DNA of 64,000 nucleotides from Octopus sinensis (Eukaryota): assembly GCF_006345805.1 (NCBI RefSeq), contig NC_043017.1, positions 11,222,001 to 11,286,000 of the forward strand, written 5' to 3'. Position numbers and translations under genes: made by a program. Shown here one piece after another: positions 43,297-55,536 of the stretch (position 1 is its first letter; each line of letters opens with the position of its first letter). The notes below the pieces were generated by a model that saw nothing but the letters and a program-made list of their open reading frames with translations, was not told the DNA's origin and did no database searches.

Positions 43297-43587
43297 GTAT
43301 GTGAAAAAGCAACTTTTTAACTGGTTGCGTCAGCGACCAAACTGTTGCTGTTTCTACACACCCCGAGAGCCAAAAAAAAATATATATTTAAAAATTAACG
43401 ATTTCAAAAAAAAAAACCATCTTACATGTGTTCTTGACTGTTTGTTTCAATTTTTCAAATCTCAATTTGTTTGATTTCTTTTTTTCCTCTCCCTTACCTC
43501 TCTGCATTCCATATTTATTAATATCCATTATTGGTATGACCTTTTTTTGGTTATTTTTCTTTTTGTCTTTCTTCCCACCTCTGATAG

Positions 43588-43591
43588 CTTC
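43588..43591 (+). CDS. candidate 4-nt microexon CTTC (phase 1 to 2 switch)
   Basis: first AG after about 215 AG-free, pyrimidine-rich nt is followed by CTTC and a perfect GTAAGT donor. Confidence 0.35.
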
Positions 43592-43913
43592 GTAAGTAAA
43601 TCGTCTTCTGTTGAGTTTTTTTTTTTTTGTTTTGTTTTGGTGTTGTTCTTCTGTTTATTTGAAAAATCTTCAATTCATTGATTTTCGTTTTTGTATGGTC
43701 ATGGTGTTTTCAGTGGAAAAATACAAAAAAGAAGCCCTTATTATCTTTTCTTTCATTCATTCTTTCTTTCAGTCTTTGGTATCTTCTGCTGCTAAGTGTT
43801 ACTGTCAATATGAAGATTTAACTTCAGTGCTTATACATACATACATATATATATATATAAAAATATATATAATATATTATATATTATATATATATATATG
43901 CACACCACACACA

Positions 43914-45010
43914 TGTTGAGTTGTCAGATAAATTCAGGGTCCACCCACCTATTTATTTTAATCTTTATTTTCCATTCAAAGATGTTAACAAATCAATCCA
44001 ATATCTTCTCCTTCATTGTTCAAGACTTCTTGACTTCTTGTCAATATTCTACAAACTTACCAATTCCTTGACTCAGATTCATTGAGCCACCTTCTCAGTT
44101 TTCATCGATGTTCAACAAATCACCTTACAGACGGTCAGAAAGCGATCAAAAAGTCAATAATTTGAAGGCAGTTCCTCAAATAGTATTTTTGGTCTAGTTA
44201 GTGATGTGGGTGGTGGGAGGCAGCCTTGTTGCATTGGAGAAATATGCAATGTTGCCATTTTGGCTTGTTTCACTCTGGATGGCCTTGTTGAGCAGGTGCA
44301 TTGATTGTGCAGTTGTTTTCAAGCATTTTATTGTGTATCAGCCCTTTGCAGTCCCACCAAATGCAGCTCTGGCTTGGCACCAGCCGGTACTTGCTTTTCA
44401 GGATTCGGCTATTGTTTGTGTCCAAGAGTAGCCTGATATTGCACGAGCAAATTGGTGGAGATGAAAGAGCACTGGAATTTGTCTCTTTTGTTCAGAGTGT
44501 GTGATGCCCCTGCATTGAGTTTTTGAACCTTACCCATCGACTGAAAGTGACGGGCAGTGGTCTTGTGGGAGGATCCCATCTGCTGGACCAAGTCCCTAGT
44601 GAACTGACATAGATCCCTGCCGATGAACATATTCAATCGATCTACATTGAACTGAATGAGCTGGCAAGATGCCAAGTCTGTGAAGTCAAATTTTCCTTCT
44701 TTGAAACTTGGAAACCATTTCCGTGTAGTTCTTTCAGTAATTGCTTCTCTGCACACAACACAGATGTCTTCAGTGTCTTTGACAGCTTTGGGATCAAAAA
44801 TGCTTGTTTCCTTTTTTTTTTACTATTTGGCATTCTGTCATCATATTTCTGAAAAAAAGGTAAAATTTATTCAAATTTCAAAACCTAAAGTTGGAGAGGA
44901 AAAATAGAGCTACAAAAAAAAAAACTAAAAAATATTGCAATTAAAGTATTTTTCGTATTAATTTAAATAACATTGAAAAGAAACCTACGAATATATCTGA
45001 CAACCCAATA
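43914..45010 (-). mobile_element. decayed mariner transposon
   Basis: imperfect TIRs (TGTTGAGTTGTCAGATAAATTC / GAATATATCTGACAACCCAATA); minus ORF 44409-44756 AITERTTRKWFPSFKEGKFD...TRDL...HKTT.RH..SMGKVQKL matches the mariner transposase HTH region; stops and frameshifts. Confidence 0.85.
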
Positions 45011-45337
45011 TACACACATACCTATATACAGGGGTTTCTCCTTCAAATTTGTCATTATAGCTCTCAGTTTAATTTTCTTCTGTTTTGATTACCCTGTTGT
45101 CTATCTCAATTCTGGCATTGTTAACTAATTTAAATGTTGTCACTGTAAAATGGAGCAGATTTTTCTCTTTTTTATTAATTAACAGCCAATTACATCAGTG
45201 GTTAGTCCTTGCAGAATTGTAAAAGAATGTAAACATTAGATAGTTTTGTAAGGCATGACAATGTTTTATAGAAAAACTTGTTGTACCCTAAATTACAATA
45301 AAGCTTCGTACATTTGCTAGTTCAGATGTAAAACTAC

Positions 45338-45770
45338 ATCATCATCATTGTTTAACTTCCGCTTTCCATGCTAGCATGGGTTGGACGGTTCAACTAGGGT
45401 CTGGGAAGCCCGAAGGCTGCACCAGGCCAGTCAGATCTGGCAGTGTTTCTACGGCTGGATGCCCTTCCTAACGCCAACCACTCCGTGAGTGTGGTGGGTG
45501 CTTTTTATGTGCCACCGACACAGGTGCCAGACGAAGCTGGCGAACGGCCACGCTCGGATGGTGTTTTTTTTATGTGCCACCAACACAGGTGCCAGACGAG
45601 GCTGGCGAACGGCCATGCTCGGATGGTGTTTTTTACGTGCCACCAGCATGGAGGCCAGGCGAGGCTGGCACGGCCACAATCGGATGGTGTTTGTTACGTG
45701 CCCACAGCACGGAGACCAGTCGATGCGTTACTGGCTATGGCCACGTTCGGATGGTTTTCTTATGTGCCTA
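45338..45770 (-). mobile_element. family C copy with several tandem ~57-60 bp 5' subrepeats
   Basis: repeated GGATGGTG-TTTT-TACGTGCCACC...GGCCA unit next to the family C body. Confidence 0.75.
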
Positions 45771-45873
45771 TACTGTATATGTGCAGGTGTGGTAAGAAGT
45801 TAGCTTTCCAACCTCATGGCTCCAGTATCAGTTCCACTGTGTGGCATTGAGGGCAAATGTCTTCTACTATACT

Positions 45874-45987
45874 ATTTCTCCTGTTTGTTGTTCTGCTTAA
45901 AGTAACATAGGATTGGCCATGACTAAACACTGGCTTTTTGTAGGTAAACCCCAACCATGTCAACGATTGGCTCTGAGACTTATTATG
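45874..45987 (-). mobile_element. Helitron/PIF1 helicase C-terminal motif fragment
   Basis: HNKSQSQSLTWLGFTYKKPVFSHGQSYVTLSR matches INKSQGQ.L..VG.....PVFSHGQLYVALSR. Confidence 0.8.
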
Positions 45988-46364
45988 TATTTCTTTATTG
46001 CTCACAAGGGGCTAAACACAGAGGGAACAAACAAGGACAGACAAACGGATTAAGTCGATTATATCGACCCCAGTGCGTAACTGGTACTTATTTAATCGAC
46101 CTAGAAAGGATGAAAGGCAAAGTCGGCCTCGGCGGAATTTGAACTCAGAACATAGCGGCAGGCGAAATACCGCTAAGCATTTTGCCCCGCGTGCTAACGT
46201 TTCTGCCAGCTCGCCTTTTTTTTTTTTTTTTTTTTAACAAATGAAAGGATAGCAGGGAACTGTCTCCTTTTTTTTCATATTTACATTGTTTTGCTATTCT
46301 GTGATAATTAATCAATGATGTCATTGTTTATTAATTAAAAAAGAAAAAAATTTCCATCATACAG

Positions 46365-46526
46365 TGATGACATGTTTGATGATGAGGAGGAAGTTGAGAC
46401 AGACAGCAATGTAATGCACACTGAACGTAAAGAGATTGTAGGCAATGATGGTAACTTTGAGGCTGATGTTGATGAGATTCAAGTTGATAATGATGAATCT
46501 GAGGGAAGAAGCACTCTCTGCGGGGG
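46365..46526 (+). CDS. candidate 162-nt acidic exon ([53 protein letters not shown])
   Basis: tttccatcatacAG acceptor, GG|GTATGT donor, open Asp/Glu-rich frame entered in phase 2; the phase-1 reading hits TAA. Confidence 0.45.
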
Positions 46527-46555
46527 GTATGTGTGTGTGCACAGGCAGGTGTGCA

Positions 46556-46722
<167 letters not shown>

Positions 46723-47615
46723 TTGTTTGTACCTTAGCAATATACATACATGCATATGTATATATGTGTGTGTGTATATGTAAAAGTACATGATCCAATG
46801 GTTAAGGTGTTGACCTCATGATCATAAGGTCATGAGTTCAATTCCTTGACTGGGAAGCATATTGTGCCCTTAAGCAAGACACTTTATTTCACATTACTCC
46901 AGTCTACTCAGCTGTAAATGCGTACCAGTCATATACTGGTGAAGCTCTCCTTTCCTCCAGCTGTTTCATCCTGGATCAAGGATGAGGGGGCCAGGAGGTA
47001 GTCTGTGTCTGCTTGTGACTTCACAGGCACCTAAAGCAATTAAAGAAAGCATGGTATATGCTACTAAGTTGTACTCATGAATGATGGTTCATATACATAT
47101 ACACACACGTCTGGAGGTACAAAAGAAAGAGTACTCAATCCATGTAAGAGTACAAAAGAAGAAGAAAAAAAAACTGATGATTTACTCCATTACTATGTGT
47201 GATCTTTCAGTCAGGTGATGGATTTCGAATAATTTTGGACGATCTCATATAGAAGAGGACTCTTGAGTAAGCAACAGAGTGAATCATCAGCTTTTGCCAA
47301 ATATATATATGTATAGCAGACTGTTCCATTGTTGGTCAGTTCAACAAAGGAAGTACCTCATCCAGCGAGAGATAAGTTTCATTTAATAAACGTGGGATTT
47401 AACTATGACCTACTGTAAGTTTCATGGTTGGATGGTACAGATATTGGATGGGCTTGTATAACTTGCCGTGTGCTACCCTGCAATTGTTTAGGTTCAAAAT
47501 CCAATTACTGTACTGCTGAACATGAAAAGTATAGTAGCTCACCTATAAATCCTTTATTAAATGATGTTATTGTGTGCATGTATATATGTAACATACATAT
47601 ATTTATTTATTTATC

Positions 47616-47693
<78 letters not shown>

Positions 47694-47709
47694 ATATTAT
47701 ATATATATT

Positions 47710-47757
<48 letters not shown>

Positions 47758-47789
47758 ATTTATATTTATATATATTATATATTTATATT

Positions 47790-47823
<34 letters not shown>

Positions 47824-48169
47824 ATATTATATATATATATATGTAGTTTGCTAATAGAATTAACAGCATATTGAGGAGAGAATAATGTCGTTATTTTGGT
47901 TCTTTTCGTTTCTTTGTTGTTTTCTTTTCTTTTTCTTCTTGTTGGCGCTGTTTGAATGTATTGAGTGATACTCTCTTGTATCTTCTTAATACAGACACCA
48001 AACATACAAACAAACAAACAATTTTACAGTTTGAAGCCCCCCTCAGTAATATATAATATAATATATATCTTCGTGTTTTGTTACTGGAGTTGATGTATAT
48101 ATTTATATACACGCACAGATATATACATAAAATACTTAAATAGATTCTTATCTGTATCACTGCTTTCAG

Positions 48170-48214
48170 CTTTTAAGTTAGCTTATCAGGGATGTCAAAA
48201 TCAACACCATGAAG
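48170..48214 (+). CDS. PKN: candidate 45-nt cassette exon of PKN (FKLAYQGCQNQHHE)
   Basis: atcactgctttcAG acceptor, AAG|GTATGA donor, symmetric phase 1, stop-free; an internal AG at 48188-48189 gives a 25-nt alternative. Confidence 0.5.
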
Positions 48215-49021
48215 GTATGACCATTCTTCCTTACCGTGTATTGTATATTTTTCTTCTTCTTCTTCTTCTTATTTGTTGCTGATATATTAATGGACTTTTT
48301 CAAAGTAAATCGTTATATAATATGTCCTTCGTGAAAAAGCTGTGAATGCTTCTTTAACGACTTTTCTTCAGTTTATTTCTTCCGTTCAGCTAAATGTTGT
48401 TTCATTTTCGTGACGTTTCGTGAAAGCTTTGTTGTACGTATGACTGGTTCTTACACAAACTGACAATTTCATCAGTTTTCTACAGAATTTATCTTCAGAT
48501 GGTGATGAAAGAATAGCGTGATAGATGGGAGCAGTTCATTCAAGCTGTCTCTCTCTCTGTCTGTCTATCTATCTGTCTTAATTTAATGAGGTAAAAATTG
48601 ACCCCCTCTCTTCTTGTTGAACTTCCTTCTTAACCTGTAAATAAAGGTTTAATCAGGTATTTAAAATATATTTTTGTTTCTATTGATCTCTTGATCTTAT
48701 CAAAGTAAACTTTATCGTGTTTACAAGGGAGCTGAAGCAATGCCAGTCTAGTACTGGTTGTCGGTATGATAATCGTCTGTACCTTCATGTAAAAAGTGTG
48801 TGACCTTGTGTTGATATCAAGATAGCAGTGTTGTAAGTTAGCTATGAAGACAAAAAGCAAAGCAAAATAGATAAGAAATAAACAGTTAAATCTGAAAAAT
48901 TCTCATTCAATTATAATGTTTTGTGTGTATATTTAATTATTTCCATGTATATTTAGTTATTTCCCAGCAAAACAAATCATGTGACAGCCATTAAAATCTA
49001 TGGGAATGATTGGTGGATGTA

Positions 49022-49087
<66 letters not shown>

Positions 49088-49730
49088 CATGTGAGCAAGC
49101 ATGTGTCTAAGAAGAAATATAAGTGTTTGTAAAAATGCCTATGTTTCTCGTTAAATTGCACAAAATTTCAATGAAATAGCATTGAAATATTATCATATAA
49201 TGTATTTTATTAATATTTTCACCTCACTGTCCAATAGAATTTAAAACTTTAGAGTTATGTGGAGTTTGTATTAAATTTGACAGTTTGTGTAAAAGCAAAT
49301 GAAAACGCATTATGCCATCTGCATGTCTTTTGTTATATAGATGGAACAAAAAATTAGATGCACAAGCAAACTTACGCATAAATCTTTCAAATATCTCAGT
49401 GCAGAAAATCATCATTTGTTCTATAAGGATTGGTTTCTAAGTTCATTGTGTGAAATGCATAGATACATTTTTGAAGCTCTGAAGAAGCTATAAGGTGATG
49501 CACTTGCACTCAGCTCGGTGTGTTCTACATCATATAGCAGAAACAGCTATAAGCATATGATAATCACTGCATAATTTCCTGTCCCCTTGTCATTTATTTA
49601 ATTTCATATTATGCTCTATACTTGACTAACTCTTTATTCTGAAGCATATATATATATATATATATATATAATGAGTTTTAACACCAGGGTATAAGTATCA
49701 CTATGCCTAAGCAAAATAAATGTGTGTGTG

Positions 49731-49766
<36 letters not shown>

Positions 49767-50109
49767 CACGCATGCATACACACCCACATATACATACATG
49801 TATGTGTATATACTTATTCTATTGGACTCTTTTGCTGAACTGCTAAGTTACGGTCATGTAAACGAACCAACATCGGTTGTCAAGTAATTGGGGGGACAAA
49901 CATATACACACACACACACATATATGATGGGCTTCTTCCAGTTTCCGTCTACCAAACCCACTCACAAGGCTTTGGTCAGCCTGAGGCTATAGTAGAAGAC
50001 ATTTCCCCATGGTGTCACGCAGTGAGACTGAACCCGGAACCATGTGGTTTGCTAAGTAAGCTACTTACCACACAGCCACGTCTGCATCTATGTATGTATG
50101 TATATTGTT

Positions 50110-50490
50110 GGCATCCTTTTGTCTCTGGAGACAATGGAGTTGTGCATAAACTAATCCAGTCGGATTTTTACATTTCATGTCCTCTCCAGTTTTGCGCAGG
50201 CCTGGGCTAGATGTAAGAAAATCCTGGGTAGCCCAATCGTCAGGATTCCTCTCTCAACCTTGCTGACGTAGTCCAAAGGAGTGCAGAGCATTACGTTTGG
50301 CACCAGCTTAGTGGCAGGAGCTGCCGGAAGAGTGTCGAGTCGAACACTGAACCACCTATGGGGCTCCACTCCGGATTTCTTTGAAGGTTGTCTCCTTTCT
50401 GTAACCCTGGATAGGGGCCCATACTGGGTACTGTCAGCCGGAGCCAGCTGAGCCTGTGACTCGTGTCTGGCAGGGTTGTCACTCCCTGAA
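50110..50490 (-). mobile_element. probable RTE-type LINE 5' UTR fragment
   Basis: GC-richer block with GTTTGGCACCAGC...GCAGGAGCTGCC and GTAGTCCAAAGG motifs recalled from RTE 5' regions; not alignment-verified. Confidence 0.4.
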
Positions 50491-52362
50491 GTAATGAAGA
50501 AAATCACTACCCACTACCTATATATGTGTGTATATATATATATGTGTGTATATATATATATGTGTATATATATGTGTGTGTATATATATATATGTGTGTA
50601 TATATGTGTATATATATATATATATGTGTATATATATATATATATATATACATATGCACACACACATGCACAAAACGATATACATAACGTGTGTGTCTAT
50701 ATATGTATGTATATTAGAGAGAGAATTTGATATTTACTGTTCCCATAAACACATGAAACCCTATATTTAGAACTACACATACACGTGTTTGCAACCTATC
50801 TCAGCTAAATATTCCCACTTTTGAAGTTTGCCATTTGATAAGAATTTGATGAAATTAATCATCGTTATCTATTCGGAGCCAATGTGTTCAGTTAAACCTT
50901 TTTTGTTCTCCTTTATTTTTGATGATGACTTTAGACATTAACTTCTGAAATCTAAAAGTCCTGTATTTTTATTTTATTCATTCATTTATGCTTGTACTGC
51001 TACAATTTCTATACTTTTTATTTTTTTTGGTTTTTTACTAATTATTAACTTACTAATTGTTGTAATATATTTTTCTCTTCTTTTGAAGAATTTATCTTTT
51101 AATTTATGTAAGCTCATTTCTTGTTGTTGTTGTTGCTCTTGTTGTTGTATCCTTAATTAAGGCTGTTGTATTCTAAGTGGCAAACATTTATTATTAAGTT
51201 TTTTTTATATATATATATATGTTGACTATATTGTTAGTGCATATCTGTATATATGTGTGTAAGTGTGTGTGTGCACATAAAATAAAAATGTGAGACTGCT
51301 CCAGCATGGACATGATCTTACAGCTCCCATCATTAAAAGAATATAGTAAAATAGGAAGAAAAAACGCATGCACAACAAATGCAGACAAGCTCGACACCCT
51401 TCATCAGTTGTCAACCAAATATCATTACAATTTTAACACCTTGTGACAAAACTGTGCAGTTGGGTGGTGTGAGTGACATAAGCTGCTAGGGTAGAAATGA
51501 GCAGGCATGATAGAGAAACACGAGTAGGGGAAAAAAAATGAGACAAGTGCAGTGACAAGATGAGGTCTGTTAAATGGATGGTAAAGACAAGTTAGAGAAG
51601 AATGAGTAACAAAAAAAAATTCTATCTAATGAAAGAAACAAATTTGACAACAGGAAAAATAATGACACAGAAAGATATTTGTATACCTTAAATGTCTTTT
51701 GACCCCGTGACAGAAATATGATGTGTTGGGGACCAGCTTTTCTTGTATAGATGTTTCATTAACCCTTTCATATTCAGATTGTTCTGTCAGATATAATGTT
51801 TATTTCTTCATATTGTTTTGAATTAATCCTGCATTATCTCCTAGCTTTGAGATTTCAGTGACATTGTTTAAGAGGCCAGATCTGGTCAGTTTGACCATAA
51901 AACAAGTAGAATATTAAATACATAACTGCATTCAAGTTTTATCCTTTTTATTCTAGATTTTACATATTTTCTTAGTTTTTTTTTTTTTGTATAGTATTGT
52001 TTGAAACTAACTGTAAAAAAAAAAAGAAAAAGAATATATTAAAAAATTGGAAATAAAAAGGATAAAATAAGCCTAACCATGTATTTAATGAAATGTGTGT
52101 GTGTATATATGTATATGTGTGTGCATGCATATGTGTATTTATGTGTGTGTGTGCATATTGTATATGTGAAGCGGGGAAAATCCAGGTAATTACCTCAGCC
52201 AACACTCATATGAATATTGCATGAAATTATGTAATTATTGCTTATGTTGATTCTGGTATGTTAAATGATCGATCTAATCCATGTTATTGAAATAATTATA
52301 ATAAAGATGATACCAATATCTACATATATTCATTATGTGTATGTATGTATGTATGTATATAT

Positions 52363-52643
52363 ATACTAAGTAATTAAGGGTTTAGCAACGATTTGCCTCA
52401 CCACACACCGAATTTAGAAATAGCAGTCAAAGAGTTTACCGAATTTAGAAATAGCAGTCAAAGAGTTTACCGAATTTAGAAATAGCAGTCAAAGAGTTTA
52501 CCGAATTTAGAAATAGCAGTCAAAGAGTTTTGGCTATTCTTTCTACTTTTAAGTAGAAAGAATAGCCAAAACTCTTTGACTGCTATTTCTAAATTCGGTG
52601 TGTGGTGAGGCAAATCGTTGCTAAACCCTTAATTACTTAGTAT
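52363..52643. repeat. fold-back palindrome: 93-bp arms, 2-nt spacer, 31-bp unit x4 in the left arm
   Basis: 52551-52643 is the reverse complement of 52363-52548 after removing three extra ACCGAATTTAGAAATAGCAGTCAAAGAGTTT units. Confidence 0.93.
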
Positions 52644-53210
52644 TACTTAAACCTTCCTTGAATGGGGCTTTGACATGCCGAACTCTACTTGGTGAAATTA
52701 ATGATTATTCCAAATTAATTAATTTCACCCTTTATTATTATATATATATATATATAATATATATATATATATACACACATATATACACATACATAGGTAT
52801 ACATATATTGTCTATTTTGTTATATTTATCATGTATATTTTCGGTATTCTGTTTTGCCCATTTTAACCAATAAGACATTAATTAATACATAATTATATTT
52901 ATTTATTTTTATTTGCTATTTCATTTTATTCCACTCTATTTATTTATTAATTTAAAAGTTTGGAAATACCATAATATTTACATATTTAATTTGAATTTTC
53001 TGTTTAAATTTTTTTCTTTCTTTATTCTAAAAAAATTGTTAAATAATTGCCGGCATGTTAAAATCTTTTATATTAATTTTCTTACTGGTTCTATAGTTAC
53101 TGTTGTTGGGTGTTTCAATCTGTATCTTCCCCATATCTGTTGATTGTACATTTATATCCTCTCAGGATTTATTCAGCAAAAACCTAATTTCTGAATAATT
53201 TATCTTCATA

Positions 53211-53586
53211 TAACCCTTTAGCCTTTGGATCTCACTGTCAAAGGTGATGATTATTTATTTACATTAGTTGGAATTAATCCCACTTAATTAATCTCAGAGC
53301 TTCAAGATTTCGATGATGTGATTGCATATTTTTTTTAGAACAACATTGTAGGGTAGGCATGAGAGGTTGGATCAAGCCAGTTTCAACATAAAACTCATAA
53401 TATTTTGACCAGTTCTGGTCGGTTTAAATGCTAAAGGGTTAATGTCCAAGATTTCGATGATGTGATTGCATATTTTTAGAACGACATTGTAGGGTAGGCA
53501 TGAGAGGTTGGATCAAGCCAGTTTCAACATAAAACTCATAATATTTTGACCAGTTCTGGTTGGTTTAAATGCTAATGGGTTAATGT
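53211..53586. mobile_element. TAACCCTTTAGC-type MITE with its right ~144 bp tandemly duplicated
   Basis: left TIR at 53211; right TIR GCTAAAGGGTTAA near 53430 and again near 53571; unit starts at 53303 and 53447. Confidence 0.75.
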
Positions 53587-55426
53587 TCATTTTCTTTGCT
53601 AGTGTGGGTTGGACAGTTTGACAGGATCCTATGAGTCCAGCAGCCACATTGTGCTCTAATGTTGACCATAGCATGGTTTCTATGGCTGAGTATTTTCCCT
53701 ATTGTCACTCACTTTACAAAGTGTACTAGTTGCTTTATTTTATATGGCACCAGCACTAGTGAGGTTGCCATGTAGCTTGCAAGACTAAGATTCTCCTTTG
53801 ATTGAGTCAGGCTACAGTTGAGAAGGAAAATACTGCATATCCAAAGACAAGTTAACTTGGTTCCTGTGTCTCAAGTGCACATGCATGGAACTGAATAAAT
53901 TCGATTCCTGCATAGTAAGGGTTAAAATAGCAAATAGGAAGGATTCAGGGGATAGAATATAGTTTATTTTGTTTTTCAGTGGATGGATGGTCAGTGAAAT
54001 CTTGAAAAGGAAAGGAGCTTTTACTGTAGGTGCCTGATCTTAACACACACCATTGAAATAAAAATAGTAATAAGTCCCCTGACAATTACTGTCTCAAGCC
54101 CCGGGACTCACAGGGTTGATTGACCAGTTCGCATGGTATACAAGCAACCAGGATCACTATTTTCCCCCCCATTGAATGGGGGGCGAGTCCTTCATGGGAT
54201 AACTCAATTTTGCCAGCTAAGCGGACTGGAGCAGTGTGGAATGAAGTGTTTTGCTCAAGAACACAATGTGCTGGCTAGCCTGGGAATCGAACCCATAATC
54301 TTGCAATCATGATTACAATACCCTAACCATTAGGTCTTGTACCTTCACATTGAAATGAAACAAAGGAAAATTCTAAAATTGCCATTTTTTAAAAAAGAAC
54401 ACATAGATTAATATGATTGATCTAATGTTGGAACTTGGATGGGGAGTTCTTGGTGGTACGAGGGTATTTGATCATTGATAAACTATCTATGATTTATGTA
54501 AGAAACTCAGTGCGTGAGATAATGAGCTCAGTCATTGGACTGTAAGTTCACATATCACTGCAGACATTTAGACAATGTTCCAGAGTGAAACACTCAATGC
54601 TTCTTGTCTAAAAACAATTAGCATATTTAAGAATTTTTTTCCTTCTTTTCTTTGTGTTCTGTATATATATATATTTTTTTTTTTATTTATTTGTTTACTT
54701 TTTAGTTGAAGAGAATATTGAAAATATATTCTTTAACTCTTTTGATACAAATTCACCTGAGACTACCCCTAGTTCCGTGATGCAAATCCCCTTCTTCAAA
54801 GCAATCTAAATTAAGACCTTCCATCAAAACTCTGTGTTGATTTGTTTCAGAAAACCAGCTTAATATTGCCAGAGTTACCTTAATGAATTCTTCATTATGT
54901 TCAAAATTAATTGCAACAAAGGCAGTGTATTTTGGGAAGAAATCATCAACATAATCATCACTATCATCCTTTAACATCTGGCAGGGGCTGAATGGTTCAA
55001 CAAGAGCTGGTGAGCCCGGAGACTTGACCAAGCTCCTATGTCTCTGCTTTGGTATTTTCTACAGCTAGATACCCTTCTTGACATAAACCCCTGTACAAAG
55101 TGTACTGGATGCTTTTTATGTGACACCAGCACCAGTTAGGTCACTGGGTAACTTGCAAGGCAAGGCCCTTCAACAGAGTTTGTGGGGGAAATTAGGGCAT
55201 TGAGGGGGGAAATGGGCTTTGTGTCAGGTAATAAAAGATTAATGGTAACAAAAGGGTTAAAAATGATAATGAAAGCCTGAACCAAATTTATATTTTTTTT
55301 TGTTCTCCCTAAATCTTTTTTGTTTTTAAATTATAAAATATTTCCCCTTGAACATTTCAACGTTGAGTTTTTAAACTTGTAACTTATGGTGATTTTTCTT
55401 TCTTTTTCTCTCTTTTGATATTTCAG

Positions 55427-55536
55427 ATGATGTTATGGCTGTGATGAAACTAGATAACCAGCATGTTGGACAGACCCCCTGGAAACCCTGTAGCCAACAG
55501 TGTTGGGATTATAGAACAAGTATCAACTTAGATAGG
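55427..55536 (+). CDS. PKN: PKN exon, C2-like domain (DVMAVMKLDNQHVGQTPWKPCSQQCWDYRTSINLDR)
   Basis: long pyrimidine tract and tttcAG acceptor, AGG|GTAAAG donor; matches PKN V.AV.KLDN..VGQT.WKP...Q.WD......LDR; phase 1 to 0; too short for the ORF track. Confidence 0.96.

Noticed and set aside
47211-47272. ctttcAG acceptor with downstream GTAAGC donor
   Set aside because: Stops in all usable frames
48728-48763. 36-nt AG...GTATGA segment
   Set aside because: Weak AAG acceptor and a TGA in phase 1; open only in phase 2 with no clear return to the PKN frame
51392-51416. Minus-strand CTGATGA hammerhead half-core
   Set aside because: No matching stem II and GAAA partner found nearby
52407-52530. 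31-bp direct repeats resembling a CRISPR array
   Set aside because: Units are head-to-tail with no spacers, eukaryotic intron context, no cas genes
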